DNA of 37,369 bases. Source: Candidatus Thalassarchaeaceae archaeon. Its GTDB lineage: Archaea > Thermoplasmatota > Poseidoniia > Poseidoniales > Thalassarchaeaceae. This document shows positions 15,694 to 25,019 of this stretch, in pieces. The translations under genes were made by a program, and so were the position numbers. Every line of letters starts with the position of its first letter. Positions within the stretch are counted from its first letter, which is position 1. A model generated the notes under the pieces. The model made no database searches. It was not told the DNA's origin and was given only the letters and a program-made list of their open reading frames with translations. The stretch covers positions 1 to 37,369 of the forward strand of contig CBFHYB010000003.1 of assembly GCA_965659915.1 (NCBI GenBank), given 5' to 3'.

Positions 15694-16725
15694 TTAGAGG
15701 TCAAGGAATTTCCCATCACGGGTTCCAAGTTTTACTAAATTTGACCACTCATCGGAGAGGAAATTTGTGACTACCGTAGTGTCTTGCAAATCTGCTATTC
15801 TTTGCATGCTGATGGTGGAGTTTCCCCTGTGGCTTACAAGTTCAATTTGAATATCAACTTTCACTTCATCAGTAGTGAGTTCTCCTTCGGGGTCAACGAG
15901 CACATTCCGAGTCAATAGATCTCGCTTTCGTTCTGCTTCGCGAATCAGAGTTCCTGGTTGTCTATGTCTTGCTAGAATACCGACTTTATTCTTAATATCA
16001 GAATTCATATTTTTCAGAAGTATTTCATTTACTTGCCACGAAGTCTCTGCTTCATGGTCAAGCATGGCTGATATTTTATTTCGAGGAAATCCTGTTCTAC
16101 CAATGATAATGATAGTTCCAGCGTGAGGTAGTGGTAGAAATCGGAATAATTCGTCTTCGGCAGCATCTTGCGTAAGTGCGTGGCGCCGAGTTTTGAAACC
16201 AGCTAAACGATGGATGTGGCGTGGGATTACATAACCGTCAATATCTTCAGATTGGCGTAATTCTTCGGCCCAATTAACGAATGAGTAGATATCATCGTAA
16301 TCTAGTGATTCTGGTTTTTCTGTTTCAGTGATTCCAAGGTGGGCTTTTGGCGAGCGAACCCTTGCATCAGGTCGGAATCTTCGGAGTTGCCTACGTACCA
16401 GTTGGTTTTGACTCAAGACAATTGCATTCTTAGGAAGGTGATTGGGGCGGTCTTCACTTACTAGAACATAATTCCAGTCACGTAGTGGTAGTGCTCCTAC
16501 TATCATCAATCCTTGTTCTAATTCGCCTAATTCAGAGACGTCATTTGCGGCGGCTAATAAGAGGTCAGTCTCACCATTTTGTAATTTCTCAAAGCCTTCA
16601 TCAAGGGAGTTTGTTGATACTTCTGTGAATTCAATTTCAATATTATCTAATCCTGCAAAAGCACCGAGAAGGTCAGCTGAATCGGTAGGAGCGCGAGCAA
16701 TCAACAGTGGCTCATCCTCGCTCAT
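15694..16725 (-). CDS. Porphobilinogen deaminase (HemC)-like protein lacking the cofactor cysteine and several catalytic arginines; probable non-catalytic paralogue
   Basis: Colinear by hand with E. coli HemC: LLIARAP~[23 protein letters not shown]~[45 protein letters not shown]~[45 protein letters not shown]~[25 protein letters not shown]~LNHHETALRV. No GGC(Q/S)VP cysteine motif is present. Confidence 0.5.
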   Translation of the reverse strand: [343 protein letters not shown]

Positions 16726-16789
16726 TATCGCACTTCCTGTATCGGTTCCCCTCAGCCACCTGTTGATATATCCGACCCTTGTGCAATGG

Positions 16790-17779
16790 ATGAGTCGAAT
16801 GCAATCAGCAGAGAATCACATCGCATTTATTGAGGATGTTCGTGATAGGTTTGAATCTGCTTTACTCGCTCATGTTGAGAATGCTAGTAAAGGTGAAAAT
16901 GCCGAAATAATGGCACTTGCAAGAGAAGTTCTGATGGCTGGTGGGAAACGGTGGCGGCCAATCTTGCTCCTACTTTCCTATCAATTAGCAGGCGGGAAGG
17001 ATGAGAGTGAAGCAATGCCACTAGCACTTGCTTTTGAGATGATTCACACTGCAACTCTTGTTCATGATGATATCAATGACGGGGCAAAGTTTCGGCGCAA
17101 TGTACCAACATTGCATGAGCGCTATGATACTGCTAGAGCGCTAATAGCTGGAGACTATCTTTTCGTTGAAGGTTTTGGGCTTGGGGGTAGGTATGAGGAA
17201 CAAATAGTTCGGCTAATATCAGGTTACTGCGCACAAATTGCTTCCGCAGAATTGATGCAACTTCGTCATGTAGGTAACTTAGCAACGACTCCTGAAGATT
17301 ACTATGAGATTATTTCTGGCAAAACTGCAGGTCCATTTGCAGCCGGATGTACTGCAGCCGCTTTAGTTGCCGGCTCTAGTCCTGAATTAGCAGATATCTT
17401 AGGTCAATTTGGGCTAGAATTAGGCCTTGCCTTCCAAATTGTTGATGATTTGCTCGACCTTGAAGGCGATGAGCGAATGGGAAAACCTCGTGGTACAGAT
17501 GTAATCGAAGGAAAAATGACGCTCCCATTAATCCATTCATTGACCCTTTCACACGGTGACGACCGCCGAAGATTAGCCGATGTCATCTCTGGATTTCATG
17601 ATGGATTGTGGGATGAATTAACTGAACTGCTAAATCGCGCAGGGAGTTTTGGTTATGCACAGACTCTTACGAATAATCATCTTGAACGGGCTATTGATGC
17701 CCTTCTTCAGTTTCCAAAATGTGAAGCAAGGGACGCCCTAGAGTGGCTAACAAAACAGGTGATGGACCGACATGAGTAA
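16790..17779 (+). CDS. idsA: Polyprenyl (geranylgeranyl) diphosphate synthase
   Basis: First Asp-rich motif LVHDDINDG and second FQIVDDLLD, plus GKRWRP and GKPRGTDVIEGKMTLP blocks. The ATG at 16790 avoids the overlap with the divergent upstream gene that the track start (16625) creates. Confidence 0.9.
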   Translation: MSRMQSAENHIAFIEDVRDRFESALLAHVENASKGENAEIMALAREVLMAGGKRWRPILLLLSYQLAGGKDESEAMPLALAFEMIHTATLVHDDINDGAKFRRNVPTLHERYDTARALIAGDYLFVEGFGLGGRYEEQIVRLISGYCAQIASAELMQLRHVGNLATTPEDYYEIISGKTAGPFAAGCTAAALVAGSSPELADILGQFGLELGLAFQIVDDLLDLEGDERMGKPRGTDVIEGKMTLPLIHSLTLSHGDDRRRLADVISGFHDGLWDELTELLNRAGSFGYAQTLTNNHLERAIDALLQFPKCEARDALEWLTKQVMDRHE

Positions 17780-18905
17780 GGGTTCAGAACCAGAACATCG
17801 AGAGGTGCTTGTGGTCGGGTCAGGTCCAGGCGGATCAACCGCGGCAAACAGGTTGGCAGAATTAGGCATGGACGTGTTAGTGATTGAGCGTCGACAAACG
17901 GTGGGTAATCCAGCTCAGTGTGGAGAGTGTGTCCCGGCATGGGGTGAGATGAGTGATGCATTTCCTGCAATCAAAAAAGACCCCTGGCTTGAGGAATATT
18001 GGGATTTCCCTGACCATGTGTTGGGCCAGTACCTTGAGTGGATGAGGGTTTACACACCATCAATGAAGGAATATGGGTTTGAGCTTGATTGTTATGGGGC
18101 GCATCGTCTTCAATTTGACGGACACCTCGCTGATAGAGCAGTTTCGATGGGGGCTGAAATCAGGACTGCTACAGAGTTAAGAAAGGTGCAAAATCAAAGG
18201 AAGTTGAATCGAGAAGTGTACCGTACAAACAACGGTTCATTTACTGCTGATTATGTGATAGATGCTTCAGGTGCTTTGGCACATGTTGGACGCTTGCGAG
18301 GTAGCGAAGATAGACCAGATGGCCAGTTACCTACAATCTACTGTCAAGTGACTGGTCATGATTCAGATTCATTTGATATTTTCATGGGTAGTGTGGCACC
18401 GGGTGGATATGCATGGATAATTCCGAAAGGAGATATCGCAAATGTTGGGATTGGCGTACGATATAATCACCTTGATGTACCACTGAAACAGCGATTAGAC
18501 AAATTCTGTGATGGTCTTGGATTAACCATACACTCTTACGGAGGTGGCTGGATTCCACTCGGTGGAATGGTGAAATCAGCAGTGAATGATAATGTTCTGT
18601 CAGTCGGTGATGCAGCTGGTTTGGTAATGCCATCAAATGGAGGTGGCATCGGGCAAGCAATAATTTCAGGAAAATATGCTGCAGAAGCAATATATGATAA
18701 CAAAATTGGTGGCAGTTCATTATCTGATTATGACAATATTTTGAAGAAAACGATGGCAAAGCAATTACGAATTTCTCGTCGCTCAAAAAATCTATTCTGG
18801 ACCTTCTGTCGTAATGATTTTTCAACGGAAGTTGCCATGAGATTGTTAGGCACAAATGGATTGCGTCGAGCAGTTGACTGCCGCCGCCCACTGATTATCA
18901 TCTAA
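17772..18905 (+). CDS. Geranylgeranyl reductase family FAD-dependent oxidoreductase (digeranylgeranylglycerophospholipid reductase-like)
   Basis: GxGxxG dinucleotide fold VLVVGSGPGGSTAANRLAELGMDVLVIER, then GYAWIIPKG and VGDAAGLVMPSNGGGIG. It overlaps the idsA stop by 8 nt. Confidence 0.85.
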   Translation: MSKGSEPEHREVLVVGSGPGGSTAANRLAELGMDVLVIERRQTVGNPAQCGECVPAWGEMSDAFPAIKKDPWLEEYWDFPDHVLGQYLEWMRVYTPSMKEYGFELDCYGAHRLQFDGHLADRAVSMGAEIRTATELRKVQNQRKLNREVYRTNNGSFTADYVIDASGALAHVGRLRGSEDRPDGQLPTIYCQVTGHDSDSFDIFMGSVAPGGYAWIIPKGDIANVGIGVRYNHLDVPLKQRLDKFCDGLGLTIHSYGGGWIPLGGMVKSAVNDNVLSVGDAAGLVMPSNGGGIGQAIISGKYAAEAIYDNKIGGSSLSDYDNILKKTMAKQLRISRRSKNLFWTFCRNDFSTEVAMRLLGTNGLRRAVDCRRPLIII

Positions 18906-18935
18906 AGCAGTTAGATAAGGTTAGCAGCCATTGGA

Positions 18936-19661
18936 TTACTCAGGTTTTTCAGCGATAAAACGCACTGCCATCCCTGGGAACAAAAGTCTACCCTTCACTG
19001 GAGCAAATCCAACTTCTCGCATCATCCGTTTGTATTGACGAGTGGTGCCAAAGTGAACATAGGTCTTGGTTAGCCATTTCCAAGGGTGTTCATTTTGTTT
19101 ACAGACTAGACGAGCGTAGGTTCCGACCCACAGTTTCATCCACAGCCAACCAAACCACCCATGTAGGAAATTTGCTTTTCCAGCATCACAGATTATCAGT
19201 TTCCCACCAGGTTTCAAGACCCTGAGGATTTCTTCTAACCCCTTACGCTTATCTTGAAAATCTCTGAATGAAAATAGACAACAGACTACATCAAATGCGT
19301 TGTCGGAAAGTGGGATTTCTTCTGCTGTGCCTTCAATGAAGTTGGCGGGTCCTTCCCCGCGCGCAGCCCGAGAGTCATTGACTCGGTTACGTGCTACATC
19401 TAACATCGCTGGTATCGGGTCTAAACAAGTGACTTCGCAAGCGACAATTCGCTCGGCGAAAGTTCCCGGCCCACAACCAACTTCCAAGACTGTGCTGCCG
19501 GCTGGGATTTGTGCCCTCACTCCTTTGCGCCAGCGTTGGTCTTGACCGAGTGTGGCAAAGCGATTTATGCGGTCATATACAGGGATAGTTGCTTCTAAAT
19601 TCGCCTGCAATTCAGACCAATCGGAGTCGCCGATATGCTCGCTGTCCATGGCTATCCCCAT
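18936..19661 (-). CDS. ubiE: UbiE/MenG-type class I SAM-dependent methyltransferase (demethylmenaquinone methyltransferase-like)
   Basis: YDRINRFATLGQDQRWRK matches the UbiE signature YD..N...S.G....WR. SAM motif I VLEVGCGPG, then FDVVCCLFSFRDF and LKPGGKLII. Confidence 0.8.
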   Translation of the reverse strand: MGIAMDSEHIGDSDWSELQANLEATIPVYDRINRFATLGQDQRWRKGVRAQIPAGSTVLEVGCGPGTFAERIVACEVTCLDPIPAMLDVARNRVNDSRAARGEGPANFIEGTAEEIPLSDNAFDVVCCLFSFRDFQDKRKGLEEILRVLKPGGKLIICDAGKANFLHGWFGWLWMKLWVGTYARLVCKQNEHPWKWLTKTYVHFGTTRQYKRMMREVGFAPVKGRLLFPGMAVRFIAEKPE

Positions 19662-19885
19662 ACCTTGGGTCAGGGGTTTTGTGTTTCAACGCGTCGGATG
19701 GCTGGTAGTTGGCTAAAATGCTTTCCAAGACAGGTGAATATGTACTGATTTTTGCTCCCTATTTCCTCGCATGATTGGTAACTAATTTTATGGGTTGTTG
19801 AGGAACCGTGAAGAATCGTTTTGTTTATGGGTCGTTACACTCATAAACCGGTCATCTGTGGCCCATCCACCCAAGGGGTGGTTCT

Positions 19886-20203
19886 ATGTCTCGTGAGGAA
19901 GTTCTTCGTTCAATAAAGGATGCTGAGAAAAAGGCTAATCAGAAACTTGTCAAGGCTCAAAATGATGCTAGTGGTATTGTTAGTAAGTCTCGTGCTGATG
20001 CTGCTGAAGCAATTACAAATGGAAAGAAGGATGCAGAGGCATCCGCACAAGGGATTCTTGATGATGCACACACTGCAGCCAACAAAGAGGCTGACAAAGT
20101 TCGTGCAAAAGGTGAGAAAGACCTTGATACGATCCGAAGCCAAAGTGAAAAGAACCGTTCTGCGGCAATTAATTCAGTTCTGGATAATTTTACTGCTGAG
20201 TAA
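19886..20203 (+). CDS. atpH: A-type ATP synthase subunit H
   Basis: A 105-aa all-helical, Ala/Lys/Glu-rich protein (IKDAEKKANQKLVKAQNDA...) at the first position of the A1Ao operon. Confidence 0.8.
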   Translation: MSREEVLRSIKDAEKKANQKLVKAQNDASGIVSKSRADAAEAITNGKKDAEASAQGILDDAHTAANKEADKVRAKGEKDLDTIRSQSEKNRSAAINSVLDNFTAE

Positions 20204-20230
20204 TTAAAATGAGTTTTTGGAGTTGTAGAT

Positions 20231-22636
20231 ATGGGTAAATTAACGACTCAAGGGATGTCTCGGCTAACTGCCGCTGGCATACTCCCCGAACTCGATAATG
20301 CCATTGAAGCACTTGCCGCTTTGAAAGCCATTCACATCATCGATTATTCAGGTGATGAAGAGGGCATTAAGTTAGGAAAACCAAATTCTTCTTCTGAGGA
20401 AATTGGACGTAACCTAAACCGATATCGTAGCGTCATCTCACAAATTACTACAAATGACATCAAAGTTCCTCTTGAAGCCTCACCGATTCGCTTGAAGATG
20501 GCTGCTGATTTGCCATCTCTGGTTGATGAGATGTTAACTTCATCCGATCGGATAGATGCTATTGAGGCTGAACAAGGAGCAATCGCTGAAGAATCCGCGG
20601 CACTTGAAACTCTTAAGCCAATAGGAATTGATCTTGATTTGCTTTCGGGGTACGAAGGTGTCACTGTATTTGTTGGCAATGTTAGTAGTGTAGCCGCAAC
20701 CAAAAAAGCAGCGGGTGATGGAATTGCAATCATTGGCGGCGACAAGAAAAAAGTTGTAGCAGTATTCTGCAGAAATGAGAACGCATCCGCTGTTCAATCA
20801 GCACTTGATGATGCAGATTTCTCTTCGGTTTCTATTCCAGCAGGAGAAGGTGACATTGGTGCAAGACTTTCTGAGTTAGCAGCACAAAGTAAAACCCTCT
20901 CAAATGAGATGGATGGCCTCAAATCAGAGTTAGATAGTTGGGGCGATAACAACGGGGCATCTTTGCAAGGTGGTATTGAACTCCTTGAGAGGGACATGGC
21001 AATTGCCCTCGGACCAGTAAAGGTCGCTACTAGCGAGCACACTTTCGTACTTGATGGATGGATAGAAACATCACGAAGCGATGAAGTGAAAGCATCTCTT
21101 TCAGAAACCTGCCTCTATGTAGAAACCGAGGCATTCAAGATTACACCTGGTGGTGGTGGCCATGGACATCATAGTCCTGAATTAGAGATGCCTCCAATTA
21201 AGTTTGCAGACCGTCATACAAGCAAGCCAATGGAATTGATTACTGATTTGATGGGTCGACCATCATACGGAAAAGTTGACCCGACATTATTCATGTTCTT
21301 CACCTACCCTCTTTTCTTCGGTTTGATGCTTGGAGATATGGCGTACGGATTTATGACAATGGGTGTTGGTTACGCACTTTACAGGGCAAAAGGCCATGAT
21401 GAAACCATGATGCTAGCGGCTAAGTTCCTAGCTTACATCGGATTAGCCACCGTATTCTTTGGTTATCTGTATGGTGAGTTTGCAGGATTTGAGATATTAC
21501 CTCATGGTGGTTGTGACATTGAAACAATTGTTGGCGCCCACGCGTGCGAGGTGGCACATGGGCATTGGCACTGGACCGCATCCGAGGCTCCTGCTTGGGC
21601 AACATGGCCAACTATATTCTATCCAAATGGCGGTGCGTTCCACTGGTCAACCGATGAGTTGAGCATCTTCGCTTTCGCTGGTATTGATCACGGACTTCCT
21701 TTTGGTGCAGCATTTTCCTACCCGTTCCACCGAGTCACAATGGCGTCTGTTGGTGGTAATCTTGAAGATCTAATTCTGCTAACTATTTACATGGGTGTTT
21801 TCCACACCTTGCTAGGATTAGCAATCGGATTCAGAGATTCATGGATTTACGGTGACTCACACGGTAATGTTGGACCTGCAGTTGCCTTCTTTGACAAAGG
21901 CTCTTGGATTGCAATTCTTGTGGGTGGGTTCCTCTTTGCATACGCGTTTCTTGGGCTTAAGGGAGATCATGGTCAAGGTTATCTTGACTTCCTTTCTCAA
22001 ATGCAACTCATTGGTGGAATCATTGCTGGTGTTGGGGTATTGATGTTGATTTATGCTTCATACAAATACCATGGCATGCCACCTGCTATCGCAGCGATGT
22101 TGGGTCCAATTGAGGGAATTGGTATGATGTCAACGGTAGTATCCTATGTGCGACTATTCGCAGTAGGTATCGTTGGTGTTAAAATCGCTGAGACTGGAAA
22201 TCATCTGATTTACGGACACATGGAAGATGGTCATGGTACAGGCATAGTCGGGCTGATTAGCGATTTATCTCATCATCATGTGAGTGGCTTTATTCTCGCA
22301 GCAATTCTGTTGCCAATGATTCTGCCATTTGTTCTTAAGATTCTCAAAGTAGACGTCCCGCAACTTAGTTTCAAGTTGCAATTATTAGCAGGATTTGTTA
22401 TTTCAGGCGGACTTGGTTTCGCATTTGGAGTGGGTAGCAATATTTTCCTACTGATTGTCTTATTCTTTGGTTGGTTGGTTGTTCAGTGCTTCGCTTGGTT
22501 ACTAGGTGTTGTCAGTCCTAACATCCACGCTGCTCGACTTCACTTGGTTGAGTGGATGAAACAATTCTATGAGGTTCTAGGTGAGAAGTTCTCACCATTT
22601 GGGTTTACAGCTCGAACTGTGGAGGTTGAGCAATAA
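20231..22636 (+). CDS. atpI: A-type ATP synthase subunit I (membrane a-subunit)
   Basis: Soluble N-terminal half of about 330 aa followed by a multi-TM C-terminal half. It includes the VSYVRLFAVG arginine helix typical of V/A-type a-subunits. Operon position also fits. Confidence 0.9.
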   Translation: MGKLTTQGMSRLTAAGILPELDNAIEALAALKAIHIIDYSGDEEGIKLGKPNSSSEEIGRNLNRYRSVISQITTNDIKVPLEASPIRLKMAADLPSLVDEMLTSSDRIDAIEAEQGAIAEESAALETLKPIGIDLDLLSGYEGVTVFVGNVSSVAATKKAAGDGIAIIGGDKKKVVAVFCRNENASAVQSALDDADFSSVSIPAGEGDIGARLSELAAQSKTLSNEMDGLKSELDSWGDNNGASLQGGIELLERDMAIALGPVKVATSEHTFVLDGWIETSRSDEVKASLSETCLYVETEAFKITPGGGGHGHHSPELEMPPIKFADRHTSKPMELITDLMGRPSYGKVDPTLFMFFTYPLFFGLMLGDMAYGFMTMGVGYALYRAKGHDETMMLAAKFLAYIGLATVFFGYLYGEFAGFEILPHGGCDIETIVGAHACEVAHGHWHWTASEAPAWATWPTIFYPNGGAFHWSTDELSIFAFAGIDHGLPFGAAFSYPFHRVTMASVGGNLEDLILLTIYMGVFHTLLGLAIGFRDSWIYGDSHGNVGPAVAFFDKGSWIAILVGGFLFAYAFLGLKGDHGQGYLDFLSQMQLIGGIIAGVGVLMLIYASYKYHGMPPAIAAMLGPIEGIGMMSTVVSYVRLFAVGIVGVKIAETGNHLIYGHMEDGHGTGIVGLISDLSHHHVSGFILAAILLPMILPFVLKILKVDVPQLSFKLQLLAGFVISGGLGFAFGVGSNIFLLIVLFFGWLVVQCFAWLLGVVSPNIHAARLHLVEWMKQFYEVLGEKFSPFGFTARTVEVEQ

Positions 22637-22683
22637 TATATCAGATTCCTATGCAAAGCATGGAAAAAATGGAGGAAAGAAAT

Positions 22684-22989
22684 ATGAAAATGAATATGGT
22701 AAGAGGAATGCGTTTAATGCTTATTTTGATGAGCATTAGCTTGATTGCTGGAGTAGCCAGTGCACAAAGCGCTGACGAAATAGCAGAGAAGGACACAATG
22801 GCGAAGTTAGGTGCGGGTATCGCACTTGCAGGTTGTGGAATTGGAACAGGTCTTGGACAAGGACCAATTGGGGCTGCAGCAGTCGGAATGATTGCAGAAG
22901 ACAGTTCAAAATTCGGTACTGGTCTACTGTTTACTGTGCTACCTGAAACCGTTGTGTTGTTCGGATTCCTTGCAATGTTCTTGTTGTGA
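22684..22989 (+). CDS. atpK: A-type ATP synthase subunit K (proteolipid c-subunit) with signal-peptide-like N-terminal extension
   Basis: Two-helix hairpin: GAGIALAGCGIGTGLGQGPIGAAAVGMIAE ... LLFTVLPETVVLFGFLAMFLL, with the carboxylate in PET. GGAGGA lies 7 nt before the ATG at 22684. Alternative starts are 22651 and 22798 (see finding). Confidence 0.85.
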   Translation: MKMNMVRGMRLMLILMSISLIAGVASAQSADEIAEKDTMAKLGAGIALAGCGIGTGLGQGPIGAAAVGMIAEDSSKFGTGLLFTVLPETVVLFGFLAMFLL

Positions 22990-23028
22990 GTAAATCGTAA
23001 TAGGAGAATTGGAGGAGGATGAACTAAA

Positions 23029-23598
23029 ATGACGCTAGAAGCGTTGGCAAGCGAAATCGCCACTGCGGCGAAAAAGGAGGCGAAGGGTATCACCGACGCA
23101 GCCAAAACAGAAGCCAAGGGAATTCTCAAAGAAGCAAAGGCTGAGGCAAATTCGCACAGCGAGGATATCAATGCTCGTGCTTTGCGAGATAGCGCCCAGA
23201 TTAAGACTGAAACCGTTGCAAGTGCACGGCAGGCTAACCAAAAGGCCCAACTTATCGCTAGGCGAGAAGAGTTGGATGCTACATGGGCAGCAGTTCGTGA
23301 CAAAGTTGGTTCGTCTAGTATGAAGGGTCGGGCAGGGCTAATCAAAGCACTTGTCTCTCAAGCTAAAGATGAAGCGGAAAAGGGCATGATCCTACGTCCG
23401 GTTGGTATTGACCGACCAGCATTGGAAAAGGCCAGTTCAGGCTTTGACTTCGGAAACGATGTTGATGGCTTGGGTGGCTTTGTGCTAGAAACTAAGGACG
23501 GCTCAGTCGTTCTTGATTACCGCTTTGATGGTCGTTTAGAAGAGTCATGGGATTCATGCCTCTCAGATGTCACATCAATACTTTTTGGAGACTCCTAA
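23029..23598 (+). CDS. atpE: A-type ATP synthase subunit E
   Basis: Long N-terminal Ala/Lys/Glu helix plus a C-terminal globular domain (GGFVLETKDGSVVLDYRFDGRLEE). GGAGGAGGA lies upstream. Operon position fits. Confidence 0.85.
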   Translation: MTLEALASEIATAAKKEAKGITDAAKTEAKGILKEAKAEANSHSEDINARALRDSAQIKTETVASARQANQKAQLIARREELDATWAAVRDKVGSSSMKGRAGLIKALVSQAKDEAEKGMILRPVGIDRPALEKASSGFDFGNDVDGLGGFVLETKDGSVVLDYRFDGRLEESWDSCLSDVTSILFGDS

Positions 23599-23616
23599 GT
23601 GAATGGTGGGTTAGTT

Positions 23617-24675
23617 ATGGCATCGGTATCACGTGGTAAGTCAAATTGGGAAAATGCCTCTGCGCGCAGTAAGGCGCGTAAGGCTGGCTTAATCGACTCA
23701 ACACAGATGCGACAATTATTGTTGCAGGAACCAGATGCCATGGCTTCCAGCATATCTGAAATGGGTTACAGGGCTGATTTAGACCTGTATGCTACTCGTC
23801 TCAGTGGGGCGGACCTCGTTGAGGCTGCTCTTAACCACAACATGGACCGAGATTTGAATCAAGTATTACGATTCTGTCAAGGACACCTTGGTGATTTGGT
23901 ATCTATCTATGTAGAGAGATACACCTACCAGAAGGTAAAGACTGCTTTGAGAGCCGTACGTAGTGGAGTATCTGATGAGATAGTATCGAGTCAAGTGCTC
24001 CCTGAAGAGAATGAAGCTAACAAACAGTGGTTAGAACTTGTAAAAAATTCAAACAACCTTGCTGATGCAGTTTCAGCATTGTCTGGAACAAAGTTCGGTA
24101 AGGTATTGTCATCAGTTGAGGATAGTAACAACTTGATGGCTTTGGAAGATGCTCTTGATAGGCATTACTACCATGACGCTACTGAAAAGTTACGCGCAGG
24201 TGCAAGTAGTCACCCACAGTTACTCAAGTACTTGCGTACTGAAATTGACCATCGAAATGTGATTAATTTATTCCGTGCCCTAAAGCAGGGTCTATCATCG
24301 GATAAAAGAAACGAATTAATGTTACAAGGTGGACATGCTCTCAATTCAACTATCCTCAAGCAGGCTGCGGAAGCAGAAACTGAGGAAGCGTTGATTGAGA
24401 TATTACGCAGGGCACAGAATTTCAACGATAGTGGCTTTGATGATGCCCTTATCGCTTCACGCGAGAAGGGCACACTTGACCCAATAGTGAACAACTTAGT
24501 TGATCAACGCATGGTAATGTTGACCAGAATGGCGACATTGAATCCTCTATCGGCTTTCCCTGTCATCAACTATGTAGAACGAAAGGCTTGCGAGGTTTCT
24601 AACCTACGCATGATGATTCGTGGAAGGGCAGCGGGCCTTTCCGATGAAATCATTGAAGCCCATTTAAGAATTTAA
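23617..24675 (+). CDS. atpC: A-type ATP synthase subunit C
   Basis: All-helical protein of about 350 aa between E and F, with repeated internal halves typical of subunit C/d. The ATG at 23617 follows GGTGGG. The GTG at 23599, abutting the atpE stop, is the alternative. Confidence 0.85.
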   Translation: MASVSRGKSNWENASARSKARKAGLIDSTQMRQLLLQEPDAMASSISEMGYRADLDLYATRLSGADLVEAALNHNMDRDLNQVLRFCQGHLGDLVSIYVERYTYQKVKTALRAVRSGVSDEIVSSQVLPEENEANKQWLELVKNSNNLADAVSALSGTKFGKVLSSVEDSNNLMALEDALDRHYYHDATEKLRAGASSHPQLLKYLRTEIDHRNVINLFRALKQGLSSDKRNELMLQGGHALNSTILKQAAEAETEEALIEILRRAQNFNDSGFDDALIASREKGTLDPIVNNLVDQRMVMLTRMATLNPLSAFPVINYVERKACEVSNLRMMIRGRAAGLSDEIIEAHLRI

Positions 24676-24681
24676 GGAGGA

Positions 24682-24987
24682 ATGAAAATGGAGATTGCAG
24701 TAGTAGGCACACCAGAATTCAGCCTTGGATTCCAACTTGCGGGGGTAACTCGCATACTAAACCCGCCAAATGATGAGGAGATGGAGAAGGATTTGCGCCA
24801 ACTCCTCAATGACAAGGAGGTTGGTATCGTCGTGATTGACGCTTCTGACCTTATCAAAATGCCCGACAGGCTTCGCATCCAGCTGTCGGATAGCATAACA
24901 CCGACGTTTCTCGGCATCGGCACTGAGCAGGATAACACCCTGCGAGAGCAGATAAAGAGTGCAATTGGCGTCGATCTCTGGAAGTGA
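24682..24987 (+). CDS. atpF: A-type ATP synthase subunit F
   Basis: About 100 aa. IAVVG..EFSLGFQLAGV....IVVID is typical of subunit F. AAGGAGGA lies upstream. The ATG at 24688 is an equally good start. Confidence 0.85.
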   Translation: MKMEIAVVGTPEFSLGFQLAGVTRILNPPNDEEMEKDLRQLLNDKEVGIVVIDASDLIKMPDRLRIQLSDSITPTFLGIGTEQDNTLREQIKSAIGVDLWK

Positions 24988-25019
24988 AACTCAATAAATA
25001 ATTTGAAGGAAGTGAAGAA

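Noticed and set aside
18382-18891. 169-aa minus-strand ORF inside the geranylgeranyl reductase gene
   Set aside because: It is antisense to a CDS with clear FAD-binding motifs. The product is low-information and His/Leu-rich.
19920-20207. 95-aa alternative-frame ORF overlapping atpH
   Set aside because: The 19886 frame gives the expected helical Ala/Lys/Glu-rich subunit H, and its ATG follows a GGGGTGG SD-like motif. The +1 frame product is Leu/Arg/Met-rich with no support.
22641-23345. 234-aa ORF on the minus strand across atpK and atpE
   Set aside because: It is antisense to two confidently identified ATP synthase genes. Its Ala/Ser/Pro/Ile-rich low-complexity product is the mirror of GCN/GAN-rich sense codons. 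It has no start context, so it is a shadow ORF.
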